Source: Pseudomonadota bacterium (GTDB lineage Bacteria; Pseudomonadota; Gammaproteobacteria; Steroidobacterales; JBCBZW01). From it: a stretch of 64,000 nucleotides of DNA. Of this stretch, positions 33,155 through 42,767 are shown piece after piece (the first letter of the stretch is position 1; every line of letters begins with the position of its first letter). A program made the position numbers and the translations under genes. The stretch lies in contig JBCBZW010000010.1 of NCBI GenBank assembly GCA_039815145.1, positions 2,404-66,403 of the forward strand. Reading direction: 5' to 3'. The notes under the pieces are model-generated. The model did not search any database. It was not told the DNA's origin and saw nothing but the letters and a program-made list of their open reading frames with translations.

Positions 33155-35467
33155 GTGCCACGTCTGCGCCCATCGCTGACAACAACGGACGACATGCAGG
33201 AAACCGACCCGGCTGCGAACCAGCTCGACGACGACGGTCCGCACGCACGCCAACGCGCCCAGCCTCGCCCCACGTCGGCGCCTGCACTGGATGATCTCGC
33301 GGCCCTGCACGTTCCGCCGATGCGCGCCGATGACACCTGCGTCGTCATGTGGGAGTCGGAGCCGACCCGGGCCTTCCACACCTGGGTCAATCCCCACGCC
33401 GAGCAACTCCTCGGATTCCCGCGCGACCGCTGGCAGACCGAACCGGACTTCTGGGCCGAGCGCCTGCATCCGCAAGATCGCGACCGCACCCACCGCGCGT
33501 TCCACCAGGCCCTCGAGGCCCACGGCCATTGCCGGCAGACCTACCGCCTGCTGCACGCCGACGGCTCCGTACGTTGGGTCGAAGAACACGTGAAGACCGT
33601 CGATTACCCCGCGAGCGAGGACGGCCTCACCCCCCAGCGCCTGCGCGGCACGATGATCGATGTGACCGACTACCATCGAGAGATCGATGCGCTGGAGCGC
33701 AGCCGCGCCTACTACCGGTCACTGTTCGAGGACGCGCCGGCGATCTATTTCGTGCTCGACGAACAGGGCATCGTGCGGCGGATCAACCAGTACGGCGCCG
33801 ACCAGCTCGCCTACACCCCCTCACAGCTCGTCGGTCAGCACTTCGTGCAGCTGCAGTCCGGTGCGGACGTCATCGACATCACCCGCCTGATCCTGGAGAG
33901 CGACGAGCACTCAAGCGCGTGGCACAACACCACCCTGCGCTGTGCCGACAAGTCGCTGATGCCCGTGCGCCTGCGTACCATGCGCGCTGAAGCGCTGGAG
34001 ATGCTGGAGGACGCTCCGCTCCCGGCGCCCACCCTGCTGGTCAGCTGCGAGCCCCTGCCGCAGGCGGCGGCCAGCACACCGAACGATATCGATAGCGCTA
34101 CGGACGCCCTCACGGGCCTTGCCAAACGCGCCCAGTTCGAGCGCCATCTGCAACACCTGCTCTACCGCCACTACGAGCAGCCCGGCGAGCACGTGCTGGC
34201 GCTGATCGATATCGACCAGTTCGGCCTCGCCAACTACCGCTTCGGACAGAGTGCGGGCGATGCGTTGCTGCGCGAGGTGGCGGAGATTCTCCAAGACCAC
34301 ATGCGCCGCGGCGACCTCATCGGGCGCACCGGCAGCGACGAGTTCGCGGTGATCCTGGAGCGCTGCTCCATGCGCCAAGCCAAGGTGCTGTGCGAAGGCG
34401 CCATCGATGCGATCGCGCAACACGATTTCGAATGGGCCGACCACAACGTGCGCCTCACCGCGAGCGCCGGTCTGGTCAAGATCGACGCCAATCTGCAAAG
34501 CGTCTCGGAGCTGATGAGTGCTGCCGACGCGGCACGCCGGGAAGCCTCGACGCAAAGCTTGAGCGGCATCCGCCTCATCGACCCGGCCGCCACGCCCGCC
34601 GTGCATCGCAATAGTGATGTCGCCCTGGCCGCCGAGCTGCAGAACGCCTTGGAGGACCGCCGCCTCGAGCTGTTCTACCAGCCGATTCGCCGCCTCTATG
34701 ACAACACAGGACACCTCACCGCAACCCCGGAGGGGCCGCCCACGCACTACGAGCTGCTGCTGCGCGTAAGACGCAACCAGCTGCTCATGAGCCCGCAGCA
34801 GATACTGCTCGCTGCCGAGCGCCATCACCTGATCGGCGAAGTGGATCGTTGGGTGCTGACCGAAGCGACCCGTTGGCTCGACCGACGCCCCGAACACGTG
34901 GTGGCTAACGAGATGTGCTGCATTAACGTGTCGGCCAAGTCCATCTGCGATCGGCAGTTCGTCGACTTCGCGCGTAGCCGCCTGCGCGCCCTCGGCGAGC
35001 GCGCCAGCTCCATCTGCTTCGAGATCACCGAGACCGCCATCATCGGCAACCTCGACGATGCGGTCACTAGCATGGAGCGTCTGCGCTCGACCGGATGCGA
35101 GTTCTCCCTGGACGACTTCGGCAGCGGCTCGGCCTCCTTCCCGTACCTGCGCAAGCTGCCCGTGAGTTACCTTAAGATCGATGGCAGCTTCGTGCGTGAG
35201 GCGGGGGCGAGCGACGAGGACGCGCGATTCCTGGAACTCATCAATCAGATAGGCCATCACGCCGGCAAACAGACCGTGGCCGAGTTCGTGGAGAACGAGC
35301 ACACCCTCTCGCGGGTGCGCGATATCGGCCTCGACTTCGCCCAAGGCTATGAGATAGGTCGCCCAAGGCCCCTGGAGCACTTCGGGATCGCCGTAACCGC
35401 CTCGCCCCCCGTCGTCGCCGCCCAAGGCGCCACGATTACTCCCTTCCCCAGCGTCAGATCCCTCTGA
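33155..35467 (+). CDS. PAS-GGDEF-EAL cyclic-di-GMP signalling protein
   Basis: Two PAS-like regions. GGDEF domain with variant motif RTGSDEF. EAL domain with ELL in place of EAL, but [31 protein letters not shown] and AQGY are present. Start is uncertain (GTG 33155 or ATG 33194). Confidence 0.85.
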   Translation: MPRLRPSLTTTDDMQETDPAANQLDDDGPHARQRAQPRPTSAPALDDLAALHVPPMRADDTCVVMWESEPTRAFHTWVNPHAEQLLGFPRDRWQTEPDFWAERLHPQDRDRTHRAFHQALEAHGHCRQTYRLLHADGSVRWVEEHVKTVDYPASEDGLTPQRLRGTMIDVTDYHREIDALERSRAYYRSLFEDAPAIYFVLDEQGIVRRINQYGADQLAYTPSQLVGQHFVQLQSGADVIDITRLILESDEHSSAWHNTTLRCADKSLMPVRLRTMRAEALEMLEDAPLPAPTLLVSCEPLPQAAASTPNDIDSATDALTGLAKRAQFERHLQHLLYRHYEQPGEHVLALIDIDQFGLANYRFGQSAGDALLREVAEILQDHMRRGDLIGRTGSDEFAVILERCSMRQAKVLCEGAIDAIAQHDFEWADHNVRLTASAGLVKIDANLQSVSELMSAADAARREASTQSLSGIRLIDPAATPAVHRNSDVALAAELQNALEDRRLELFYQPIRRLYDNTGHLTATPEGPPTHYELLLRVRRNQLLMSPQQILLAAERHHLIGEVDRWVLTEATRWLDRRPEHVVANEMCCINVSAKSICDRQFVDFARSRLRALGERASSICFEITETAIIGNLDDAVTSMERLRSTGCEFSLDDFGSGSASFPYLRKLPVSYLKIDGSFVREAGASDEDARFLELINQIGHHAGKQTVAEFVENEHTLSRVRDIGLDFAQGYEIGRPRPLEHFGIAVTASPPVVAAQGATITPFPSVRSL

Positions 35468-35523
35468 AGCACACCCGCCCGCCCTACACGGTTACACGAG
35501 TTCACACGGAATCCCCCTTCGCG

Positions 35524-35539
35524 TGTGACAAGGTTCACA
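35524..35539 (+). promoter_or_regulatory. Perfect CRP/Vfr/Clp-type site TGTGA-N6-TCACA with class-II promoter geometry
   Basis: TGTGACAAGGTTCACA. A TATACT -10-like hexamer sits at 35561-35566, putting the site centre about 41.5 nt upstream of the predicted start site (~35573). Confidence 0.5.
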
Positions 35540-35598
35540 CAATCTATAAGGAAGAAACCCTATACTTGCCGTCCCTGACTTATGGACGGAGTCAAAAT

Positions 35599-35832
35599 AT
35601 GAGCTCAGCGGCCACGCTGAAGCCGGCCGACACCTCGGTCGAGGACACGCCGGATAGGGGCTGGGATCCCTATCGTGTCTGGAAAGAACGGGTCGAAAGC
35701 GGCCCTCATCAACACGCTATCGTGCAGCAGCCGACGAAGGCCGCGCGCGTCACCGCGTTGCCGCGCACCAGCGCGCAAGACACCTGGAGCCCCTACCAGG
35801 TGTGGATGGAGCACGTCGCCCGCAAGCCCTGA
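35599..35832 (+). CDS. Small (77 aa) protein of unknown function with duplicated W-x-P-Y-x-V-W-x-E-x-V motif
   Basis: ATG at 35599 lies 7 nt after GGAG and downstream of the predicted promoter (the ORF-track TTG at 35566 would overlap the -10). Contains GWDPYRVWKERV and TWSPYQVWMEHV. Confidence 0.5.
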   Translation: MSSAATLKPADTSVEDTPDRGWDPYRVWKERVESGPHQHAIVQQPTKAARVTALPRTSAQDTWSPYQVWMEHVARKP

Positions 35833-35915
35833 GGCGACCCGGCCCGTCGAGGCCCATCACAATCGAGAGAATGTCGAGGCGCCGCGACCGCGGCCCCTCT
35901 GAACGCCAAGACGCT

Positions 35916-36080
35916 CTAGTGTCCTGTCACGTTAGTTCGTTGAAGAATACGCACGGGGCTTTTTGTTCCTGAGTGCGGCGCGACGACGAGCGTGGCAGGC
36001 CCCACGGGAGGAGGAGCAGCGTGCTCAGAGGCAAAAAGCACCCGCGTATTCTTCAACGAACTAGCGTGACAGGATACTAG
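35916..36080. mobile_element. MITE-like palindromic element, copy 2 (165 bp)
   Basis: Near-perfect ~49-nt inverted arms (CTAGTGTCCTGTCACGTTAGTTCGTTGAAGAATACGCACGGGGCTTTTTG ... CAAAAAGCACCCGCGTATTCTTCAACGAACTAGCGTGACAGGATACTAG). CTAG at both ends. Same 34-nt core as copy 1, plus a ~19-nt insertion. Confidence 0.7.
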
Positions 36081-37045
36081 TAGCGCACCAGGGCCGAGCC
36101 CCAGGTAAACCCACCACCGAACGCTTCCAGCAACATCAGGTCGCCGCGCTTGATGCGCCCATCCCGCACCGCGACGTCGAGCGCCATGGGCACGGAGGCG
36201 GTGGAGGTGTTGCCGTGATCTTCGACCGTCGTCACCACGCGCTCCATGGGCATGTCGAGCTTCTTGGCAATCGCCTGAATGATGCGGATGTTGGCTTGGT
36301 GCGGCACCAACCAATCGACGTCACTCTTCTCCACGCCGTTGGCGGCGAGGGCCTCCATTACCGCACCCCCGAGGGTGTTCACGGCCACACGGAACACTTC
36401 GTTGCCCTTCATCCGCACAAAGTCGTTGCCGGAGCGGATGTTGTCGAAGCCCTTGGAGATGCCCGACGACACGCCGAGCAGTTCGTGATGCTTGCCATCC
36501 GCATGCAGATGGGTGCTGAGCACACCCGTCTCCTCCGACGGGGTGAGGACGACCGCGCCGGCGCCGTCACCGAACAGCACACAGGTGCCGCGGTCGGTCC
36601 AGTCGATGATCCGAGAGATGGACTCGGCACCCACCACGAGGGCGCAGCGTGAGGAACCGCTGCGCACGAACTTGTCCGCTACACCTAGCGCGTAGATGAA
36701 GCCGGCACACGCCGCCTCCAGGGAGAAGGCCGGAAAGCCGTACGCGCCGAGGCGATCCTGGAGCAGGCAACCCACGTTCGGGAAGATCTGATCGGGCGTG
36801 GTGGTGCCGACGACGATGAGGTCGAGGTCGGACGGCTGCACGCCCGCCGCTTCCATGGCGAGCCGCGCGGCCTTCTCGGCGAGATCGCAGGTGGTCTCGC
36901 CTTCGGACACGACGTGGCGCTTGCCGATACCCGTTCGAGCGCGAATCCACTCGTCCGAGGTATCGACCATCTTCTCCAGGTCGTGGTTAGTGAGGACTTT
37001 CTCAGGCAGATACCGGCCGGTGCCGGCGATCCTCGGATAGATCAC
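36077..37045 (-). CDS. fabH: 3-oxoacyl-ACP synthase III
   Basis: 322 aa. N-terminus [35 protein letters not shown], active-site region LEAACAGF, C-terminus [13 protein letters not shown]. Confidence 0.95.
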   Translation of the reverse strand: MIYPRIAGTGRYLPEKVLTNHDLEKMVDTSDEWIRARTGIGKRHVVSEGETTCDLAEKAARLAMEAAGVQPSDLDLIVVGTTTPDQIFPNVGCLLQDRLGAYGFPAFSLEAACAGFIYALGVADKFVRSGSSRCALVVGAESISRIIDWTDRGTCVLFGDGAGAVVLTPSEETGVLSTHLHADGKHHELLGVSSGISKGFDNIRSGNDFVRMKGNEVFRVAVNTLGGAVMEALAANGVEKSDVDWLVPHQANIRIIQAIAKKLDMPMERVVTTVEDHGNTSTASVPMALDVAVRDGRIKRGDLMLLEAFGGGFTWGSALVRY

Positions 37046-37090
37046 CTAGTACTCCCTTCGATCCATCACCACCACGGGTCGAACGACGAC

Positions 37091-37291
37091 TTATTCCTCG
37101 TCGTCGATCTCAATCTCGGCCTTAGGCTCGATCACCCGCTTGCCGCGGTAGTAACCGTCGGCGGACACGCGATGGCGAAGGTGGGTCTCGCCACTCGTGG
37201 GGTCGATGGACAGGGCAGGCTTCTTCAAGCCGTCGTGGGCGCGGCGCATGCCTCGCTTCGACGGGGTGGTGCGGTTCTGCTGAACAGCCAT
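37091..37291 (-). CDS. rpmF: 50S ribosomal protein L32
   Basis: 66 aa with the canonical N-terminus [20 protein letters not shown]. Confidence 0.95.
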   Translation of the reverse strand: MAVQQNRTTPSKRGMRRAHDGLKKPALSIDPTSGETHLRHRVSADGYYRGKRVIEPKAEIEIDDEE

Positions 37292-37297
37292 TGGCTA

Positions 37298-37849
37298 CTA
37301 CTCCGGTTGGTTGTCTTCCTTGCGCCCAATGCCCGCCAACGCGGCGGCAAAGGGACGCTGTGTCTCTTCTGGCTCGCGGGCATCGCTTTCCCGCGGCGCT
37401 TGCGTATCCACCCCGGCGGGTAACGCCGGTGGCTCGCAGTCCTGTTCCGCATGACTGGGGAAGTCGGGCAGCGCGAGCAGCACCTCCTCCTCCAGGATGT
37501 CCACCAGGCGCCCCATCAGGTCTGGCGCGTAGTGGGCATCTGCCGAATCCGGCAACGCATCCATCGCCGCTTCCGAGCCAACCACCACCAGATCGATCTC
37601 ACGATCTACCGCGATGGCCACTCGCCGCAGACAGCGACAGCAAGTCACGCTAACCTCGCCGCTCACACGACCGCACAAGCGCACCCCGTGCGCGTGGGGC
37701 TCGGCGTCAGCGTGCAGGGTAACCTCGTCCTCGGCGGCTCCGACCTCGCGCAAGCGCTCGCAGCGATCGAGCGCGGCGCTGACCTCGAAACCGGCGCGCC
37801 GCTCGCCGAGGCGCTCGTAGGACAAGCGGTCGAACAGTGAGATGCGCAT
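37298..37849 (-). CDS. yceD: YceD/DUF177 family protein (23S rRNA accumulation protein)
   Basis: Conserved position immediately upstream of rpmF. CxxC pair (VTCCRCLRRV) and acidic tail. Start is taken at ATG 37849 rather than the longer ORF-track start. Confidence 0.8.
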   Translation of the reverse strand: MRISLFDRLSYERLGERRAGFEVSAALDRCERLREVGAAEDEVTLHADAEPHAHGVRLCGRVSGEVSVTCCRCLRRVAIAVDREIDLVVVGSEAAMDALPDSADAHYAPDLMGRLVDILEEEVLLALPDFPSHAEQDCEPPALPAGVDTQAPRESDAREPEETQRPFAAALAGIGRKEDNQPE

Positions 37850-37881
37850 AAACCGCCAAATGTAAATCGGAGCCCCTACAC

Positions 37882-38505
37882 GTGTCAAAAGAAGGCGTCG
37901 AAACAGCGTCACCGATCCTGGTCCTCGCCTCCGGCTCGAGCTATCGCCGCGAGCTGCTGAGCCGCCTTCAGATCCCCTTCGACACGCTCTCGCCAGACGT
38001 GGACGAGGCGCCGAGGGCAGACGAGCAGCCGCCCGCGTTGGCGGCCCGCCTGGCCGCCGCCAAAGCGGCCCGCGCCCAAGAGCGCCTGGGCAGCACAGCG
38101 CCGACGCTGGTGATCGGGAGCGACCAGGTGGCGGAGTGCGAAGGCCGAATTCTCGGCAAGCCGGGAACGCGCGACCGCGCCACCGAACAGCTACGCCACA
38201 GCGCCGGGCGAGTGGTCACCTACCACACGGCGGTGTGCGTGCTCGGACCCGCCGCCGAGGAGTGGCGCGAGCACATCGACGTCACGAGGGTCGTGCTCCG
38301 CCCCCTCGAAGAGCACGATATCGAGGCTTACCTGGACCACGAACACGCCCTGGATTGCGCGGGTGCCCTGAAGTCCGAGGGGCTGGGGATCACCCTGATG
38401 AGCACCTTCCACAGTAACGATCCCACGGCCCTGATCGGCCTGCCCATGATCTGGCTGAGCACGACCCTGCGATCGCTGGGCGTAGCGATCCCCGCCACGG
38501 GCTGA
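37882..38505 (+). CDS. yceF: Maf-like nucleoside triphosphate pyrophosphatase (YceF type)
   Basis: ILASGSSYRRELLSRLQIPF ... GKP ... GAY motifs. Divergent from yceD, as in other gammaproteobacteria. Confidence 0.88.
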   Translation: MSKEGVETASPILVLASGSSYRRELLSRLQIPFDTLSPDVDEAPRADEQPPALAARLAAAKAARAQERLGSTAPTLVIGSDQVAECEGRILGKPGTRDRATEQLRHSAGRVVTYHTAVCVLGPAAEEWREHIDVTRVVLRPLEEHDIEAYLDHEHALDCAGALKSEGLGITLMSTFHSNDPTALIGLPMIWLSTTLRSLGVAIPATG

Positions 38506-38525
38506 GCACGCCGATCCTGGCGGCA

Positions 38526-39527
38526 CTAGCGATGGCGTCCCTTCTCGCGGGCCCGGGCCGCAGAACGCCCTTGCGCCGCCTCGAGCCGATCGATGGTGTC
38601 ACGCAGAGCGTCGTCCAAGGGCGCACTGACGTGGAACGGCTCACCGCTGTCCGGCCAGTCGAAGGCCACGGAGTGGGCGTGCAGGAACATTCGGTCGAGG
38701 CCAGCCGGGGCGCCCGCCTGCGCGTCGCCATAACGCGGATCGCCCGCCAGCGGGTGCCCGGCATGGGCAGCATGCACGCGGATCTGGTGAGTGCGACCGG
38801 TCTCCAGTTCGGCCTCGATCAAGCTCCAGCGCCCGAAGAGCTGGATAGGCCGGAAGCGGGTCCTCGCCGCCTTGCCTGCCTCATCGACGCTCACCCACCG
38901 CTCACCACCGCGTCGCTGGTGGGTGAGCATGGGCGCGTCGATCAGCTGCTCGCCCAGCTGCCAGTCGCCCTTGACCAGCGCCAGGTACCGCTTATCCATG
39001 TGACGCTCTCGAATTTTCTCATGCAAAGCTCTGAGAAGACTGCGTTTTTTCGCCACTAGCAAACAGCCAGATGTCTCGCGATCTAAGCGGTGCACCAGCT
39101 CCATGGCGCGCTCGACCGGCCGCATGTGGCGCAGAGCCTCGATCACCCCGGCGCGGATTCCGCTGCCCCCGTGCACTGCGATGCCAGCGGGTTTGTTCAG
39201 CACCAACAGGCGGCGATCTTCGTACAGGATGCTCGCCTCGAGCTGGGAGGCGATGGCGCTCGACGCGCTCGCGGCGGCGCCCGAGCTGTCGCCGCTCGGG
39301 GCCCGTCGCACCGGTGGAATACGAATGCGATCACCGGCTTGCAGGCGATAGCTCACGGCCACTCGACCACCGTTCGCCCGCACCTCGCCCTTACGCACGA
39401 TGCGGTAGACGACGCTGCGTGGCACGTCCCCGAGTTCGCGCAGCAGAAAGTTGTCCAGCCGTTGGCCCGCGTACTCGGGGTCGACGACCACCTGGCGCAC
39501 CGTCGAGTGCTCGCCCTGGTCACTCAT
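38526..39527 (-). CDS. rluC: 23S rRNA pseudouridine synthase RluC (RluA family with S4 domain)
   Basis: S4 domain GQRLDNFL; catalytic block HRLDRETSGCLLVAK. Divergent from rne, as in E. coli. Confidence 0.88.
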   Translation of the reverse strand: MSDQGEHSTVRQVVVDPEYAGQRLDNFLLRELGDVPRSVVYRIVRKGEVRANGGRVAVSYRLQAGDRIRIPPVRRAPSGDSSGAAASASSAIASQLEASILYEDRRLLVLNKPAGIAVHGGSGIRAGVIEALRHMRPVERAMELVHRLDRETSGCLLVAKKRSLLRALHEKIRERHMDKRYLALVKGDWQLGEQLIDAPMLTHQRRGGERWVSVDEAGKAARTRFRPIQLFGRWSLIEAELETGRTHQIRVHAAHAGHPLAGDPRYGDAQAGAPAGLDRMFLHAHSVAFDWPDSGEPFHVSAPLDDALRDTIDRLEAAQGRSAARAREKGRHR

Positions 39528-40025
39528 CGATCACTCCCGAAACATGCGATGACGCCCCACGCGGTGCAGTACTGGTTTGGCATAGCGCGCTCTGTTATTC
39601 TCCGCGGGTGCGTATAACCGCGTGACCCGCCGGCAGTTTTCCGGCGCACGCCGTGCCCCCGAGGGCCGGTGACGCGAGTATCCGCACAGGCCCCCGAAGC
39701 GCGCCATACTGCGTTTTTCGGGCCCGGGATTCAATTGAACCCTGGGTCGCCCCCAGGCCGGCCGGCAGCGCTGGCGCCCGCTTTCGAGTCGCGCGTCTGG
39801 CGTCGTTCGTCACCCGTCTCCATTCCGCTCGCGGTTCCAGATCTTCGGACCTGGACCAGCGGGTGGTGAGTGTTTTTCCGGCAGCGCCCCGCCGCCACCA
39901 TTGCGTGTAAGGGCAGCAGCCGAGTTTGGAGCCAAGTGTGTCTGCAACGACCACCATGAACGCGAGATTCAGCGACGCCCCTGCCGAGCGCCCCGCAGGC
40001 GACCCCCTCTTCGGTCAGACCACTC
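39528..40025 (+). promoter_or_regulatory. rne promoter plus long structured 5' leader (putative autoregulatory UTR)
   Basis: 498-bp non-coding spacer upstream of rne holding several GC-rich hairpins. In E. coli, rne carries a ~360-nt autoregulatory leader. The ORFs predicted here are short and lack support. Confidence 0.35.
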
Positions 40026-42767
40026 ATGAAAAGAATTCTCGTCAATGCAACTCAGCAAGAAGAGTTGCGCTTGGCCACCGTCGACGGCCAAAAGCTCTAT
40101 GACCTCGATATCGAGACGCCCTCAAGGGAACAGAAAAAAGGCAATATTTACAAAGGACGTATCACCCGAATCGAACGTAGCTTAGAAGCTGCTTTCGTCG
40201 ACTACGGGGCGGAGCGTCATGGCTTCCTGCCGCTGAAGGAAGTCTCCCGCAGCTACTTCCAGAGTAAGCCCGACGGCGGCTCGCGCGTCGACATCAAGGA
40301 GGTGTTGCGCGAAGGCCAGGAGGTCGTCGTGCAGGTGGAGAAGGAGGAGCGCGGCAACAAGGGGGCCGCCCTCACCACCTTCATCAGCCTCGCGGGTCGC
40401 TTCCTCGTCCTGATGCCGAACAACCCTCGCGCCGGCGGCGTCTCTCGCCGCATCGAGGCGGAGGACCGGGCCGAGATGCGCGAGATCCTCGCCAGCCTCG
40501 ACGTGCCCGAGGGCATGGGCCTGATCGTGCGTACCGCCGGTGTCGGCCGCTCGCAGGAGGAACTGGACTGGGACCTGCGCTACCTGATGAGCCTGTGGAC
40601 CAGCATCGAGGAGGCCTGCGAGGGGCGCTCCGCATCGTTCCTGGTGTACCAGGACTCGAACCTGATGATTCGCGCCCTCCGCGACCACTTCAATGCGGAC
40701 ATCGGCGAGATCCTCATCGACGACACCACGGTGTTCAACGACGCTAAGACCTTCGTCGAACAGGTCATGCCCACGCAGACCCGTCGGGTGAAGCTCTATG
40801 AGGACGAAGTCCCCCTCTTCACGCGCTTCCAGATCGAAAGCCAGATCGAGTCGGCCTTCGCCCACGCCGTGAGCCTGCCCTCCGGGGGTAGCATCGTCAT
40901 CGACCCCACCGAGGCCCTGGTGTCCATCGACATCAACAGCGCTCGAGCGACCAAGGGCGATGACATCGAGACCACGGCCCTCAACACCAACCTCGAAGCG
41001 GCCGACGAGATCGCCCGCCAGCTGCGCCTGCGCGACATCGGCGGCCTGATCGTGATCGACTTCATCGACATGGGCCCCTCGCGCAACCAACGCGAGGTCG
41101 AGAACCGCCTGCGCGAGGCGGTGAAGATGGATCGCGCCCGCATCCAGATCGGGCGCATCTCGCGCTTCGGCCTGTTGGAGATGTCGCGCCAGCGCCTGCG
41201 CCCGTCCCTCGACGAGTCTGCCAACATCGTGTGCCCACGCTGCAACGGCCAAGGCAACATCCGCGACGTGGAATCTCTGTCCCTAGCCTGCCTGCGCCTG
41301 ATCGGCGAGGAGGCCCGCAAGGAGAAGACCGCGCTGGTGGTGGCGCAGCTTCCCGTGGAGGTGGGCACCTACCTGCTGAACGAGAAGCGCGAGAACATCG
41401 GCAGCATCGAGTCCCGTAACGGCGTGCGGGTGGTAGTCGTGCCCACCCCCAACTTGGAGACGCCGAACTACAACCTTCGCCGGGTCCGGACCGACGAGGT
41501 GGATCTGCCGGAAAACGCCGACGTGAGCTATCGCCTGGCGCCGCCGGCGGAGGAAGAAGCGCCGAAGGTGGCACCGACGCCGCCTGCCCGTTCGGAGGCA
41601 CCCGCCGTGCAGAATGTGGTGCCGGACTCGCCCGCCCCTGCCCCGACCGTCAAGATCGCCGAACAGCCCGAACCACAGCCCGGGGTGATCACCAAGATGA
41701 TGGCTTGGATGTCCGGCGTCCTCGGCGGCGAGGCGCAGGCGGAAACGCCCGAGGAGGACACCACGGCGAAGACGCCGAGCCGCGGCCGCACGGCGGCCAA
41801 CGCGCGCCGCAGCGGTGGCTCGGGCGGGGGTCGCTCGGGCGGTAACAGCGGGTCGGGTCAGTCGCGTAGCGCCAACGGGCGCAAGCGCGGCACTCGCCGC
41901 GGCGGCAGCGGTCGTCGCACCGAGGGCGAAGGCGCTCGCGGTGCTGGGAGCGATGGCCGCTCGTCGCGCGACGGAGAGAATCGTGCCGAGGGCGGTAGCC
42001 GCCGCTCACGCGGTCGCCGCAGCAGCAGCGGCGCAGGCGAGGACGGCGCCAGCGCCAGCAACGAACAGCAACAGTCGCGGCGCAGCCGCGGCGGCCGCGG
42101 CGGCAGCCGGCGCGGCAACACCGGTGAGGGCGAGACCAACGCCAACGCTGGCGCACCCAACGCAGCGGTGGCGGCACCGGACAGCGGTGCAGCGGCAGAC
42201 GCCAACGCAAAGGCCGATGCGCCCGCCAACAACGCACCGTCCTCGAACGGACCGGCGGACGCCGGCGCCGGCACGGAGAGCGGCGAGCGTCCCAGCGGGC
42301 GCCGACGCGGCCGTCGTGGCGGCCGTCGTCGCCGACGCGGTGGCGCGGGCAACGGCGAAGGCGAAGGCACCAACGCCGGCACCCAGGACGGCGCACAGAA
42401 CACGGGAGCGGAGACCGGCGGCGGCGGCGATCAGGCACCTACCGCCTCGTCGGCGGGTGGTAGCGAGCGCCCACCTGCCAGCCAGGGGGGCGACGGTGGC
42501 GGCGGCCGGCGCGAAGCCCGCGGAGGTGATGCCGGGGAAGGCGCCGCGAAGTCGCCATCCCAGGACGCAGCGCCCCCGAAGCCTGCCATCCCCAGCACGC
42601 CCGCGCCCTCGTCCGCGCCGGAGGCGCCCAAGCCGGTGAGCAGTACGCCCGCCCCGACGCCCGCCCCGACGCCCGCCCCGACGCCGGCACCTAGCAGCAG
42701 CGGTGGCACTTCCGGTGGCGGCGACAGCACGCCGCCCAAGCCACCGGCCGCCGCCGCGAACGACTAG
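40026..42767 (+). CDS. rne: Ribonuclease E
   Basis: 913 aa. Conserved catalytic N-terminal half ([17 protein letters not shown]..., S1 domain, CPRCNGQG zinc link). Arg/Gly/Ser/Pro-rich disordered C-terminal scaffold half. Confidence 0.97.
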   Translation: MKRILVNATQQEELRLATVDGQKLYDLDIETPSREQKKGNIYKGRITRIERSLEAAFVDYGAERHGFLPLKEVSRSYFQSKPDGGSRVDIKEVLREGQEVVVQVEKEERGNKGAALTTFISLAGRFLVLMPNNPRAGGVSRRIEAEDRAEMREILASLDVPEGMGLIVRTAGVGRSQEELDWDLRYLMSLWTSIEEACEGRSASFLVYQDSNLMIRALRDHFNADIGEILIDDTTVFNDAKTFVEQVMPTQTRRVKLYEDEVPLFTRFQIESQIESAFAHAVSLPSGGSIVIDPTEALVSIDINSARATKGDDIETTALNTNLEAADEIARQLRLRDIGGLIVIDFIDMGPSRNQREVENRLREAVKMDRARIQIGRISRFGLLEMSRQRLRPSLDESANIVCPRCNGQGNIRDVESLSLACLRLIGEEARKEKTALVVAQLPVEVGTYLLNEKRENIGSIESRNGVRVVVVPTPNLETPNYNLRRVRTDEVDLPENADVSYRLAPPAEEEAPKVAPTPPARSEAPAVQNVVPDSPAPAPTVKIAEQPEPQPGVITKMMAWMSGVLGGEAQAETPEEDTTAKTPSRGRTAANARRSGGSGGGRSGGNSGSGQSRSANGRKRGTRRGGSGRRTEGEGARGAGSDGRSSRDGENRAEGGSRRSRGRRSSSGAGEDGASASNEQQQSRRSRGGRGGSRRGNTGEGETNANAGAPNAAVAAPDSGAAADANAKADAPANNAPSSNGPADAGAGTESGERPSGRRRGRRGGRRRRRGGAGNGEGEGTNAGTQDGAQNTGAETGGGGDQAPTASSAGGSERPPASQGGDGGGGRREARGGDAGEGAAKSPSQDAAPPKPAIPSTPAPSSAPEAPKPVSSTPAPTPAPTPAPTPAPSSSGGTSGGGDSTPPKPPAAAAND
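42645..42690 (+). repeat. 12-nt tandem repeat (ACGCCCGCCCCG)x3 plus a partial copy, encoding (TPAP)n in the RNase E tail
   Basis: Three perfect units at 42645-42680 followed by a degenerate unit. Confidence 0.85.

Noticed and set aside
33911-35425. 504-aa minus-strand ORF antisense to the PAS-GGDEF-EAL gene. Similar shadow ORFs occur elsewhere, for example 40182-41252, 42006-43001, 21753-22799, 25128-27164 and 60826-62013.
   Set aside because: All of them overlap strongly supported genes on the other strand, and all have Arg/Gly/Ala-rich compositions typical of off-frame translation of GC-rich coding DNA.
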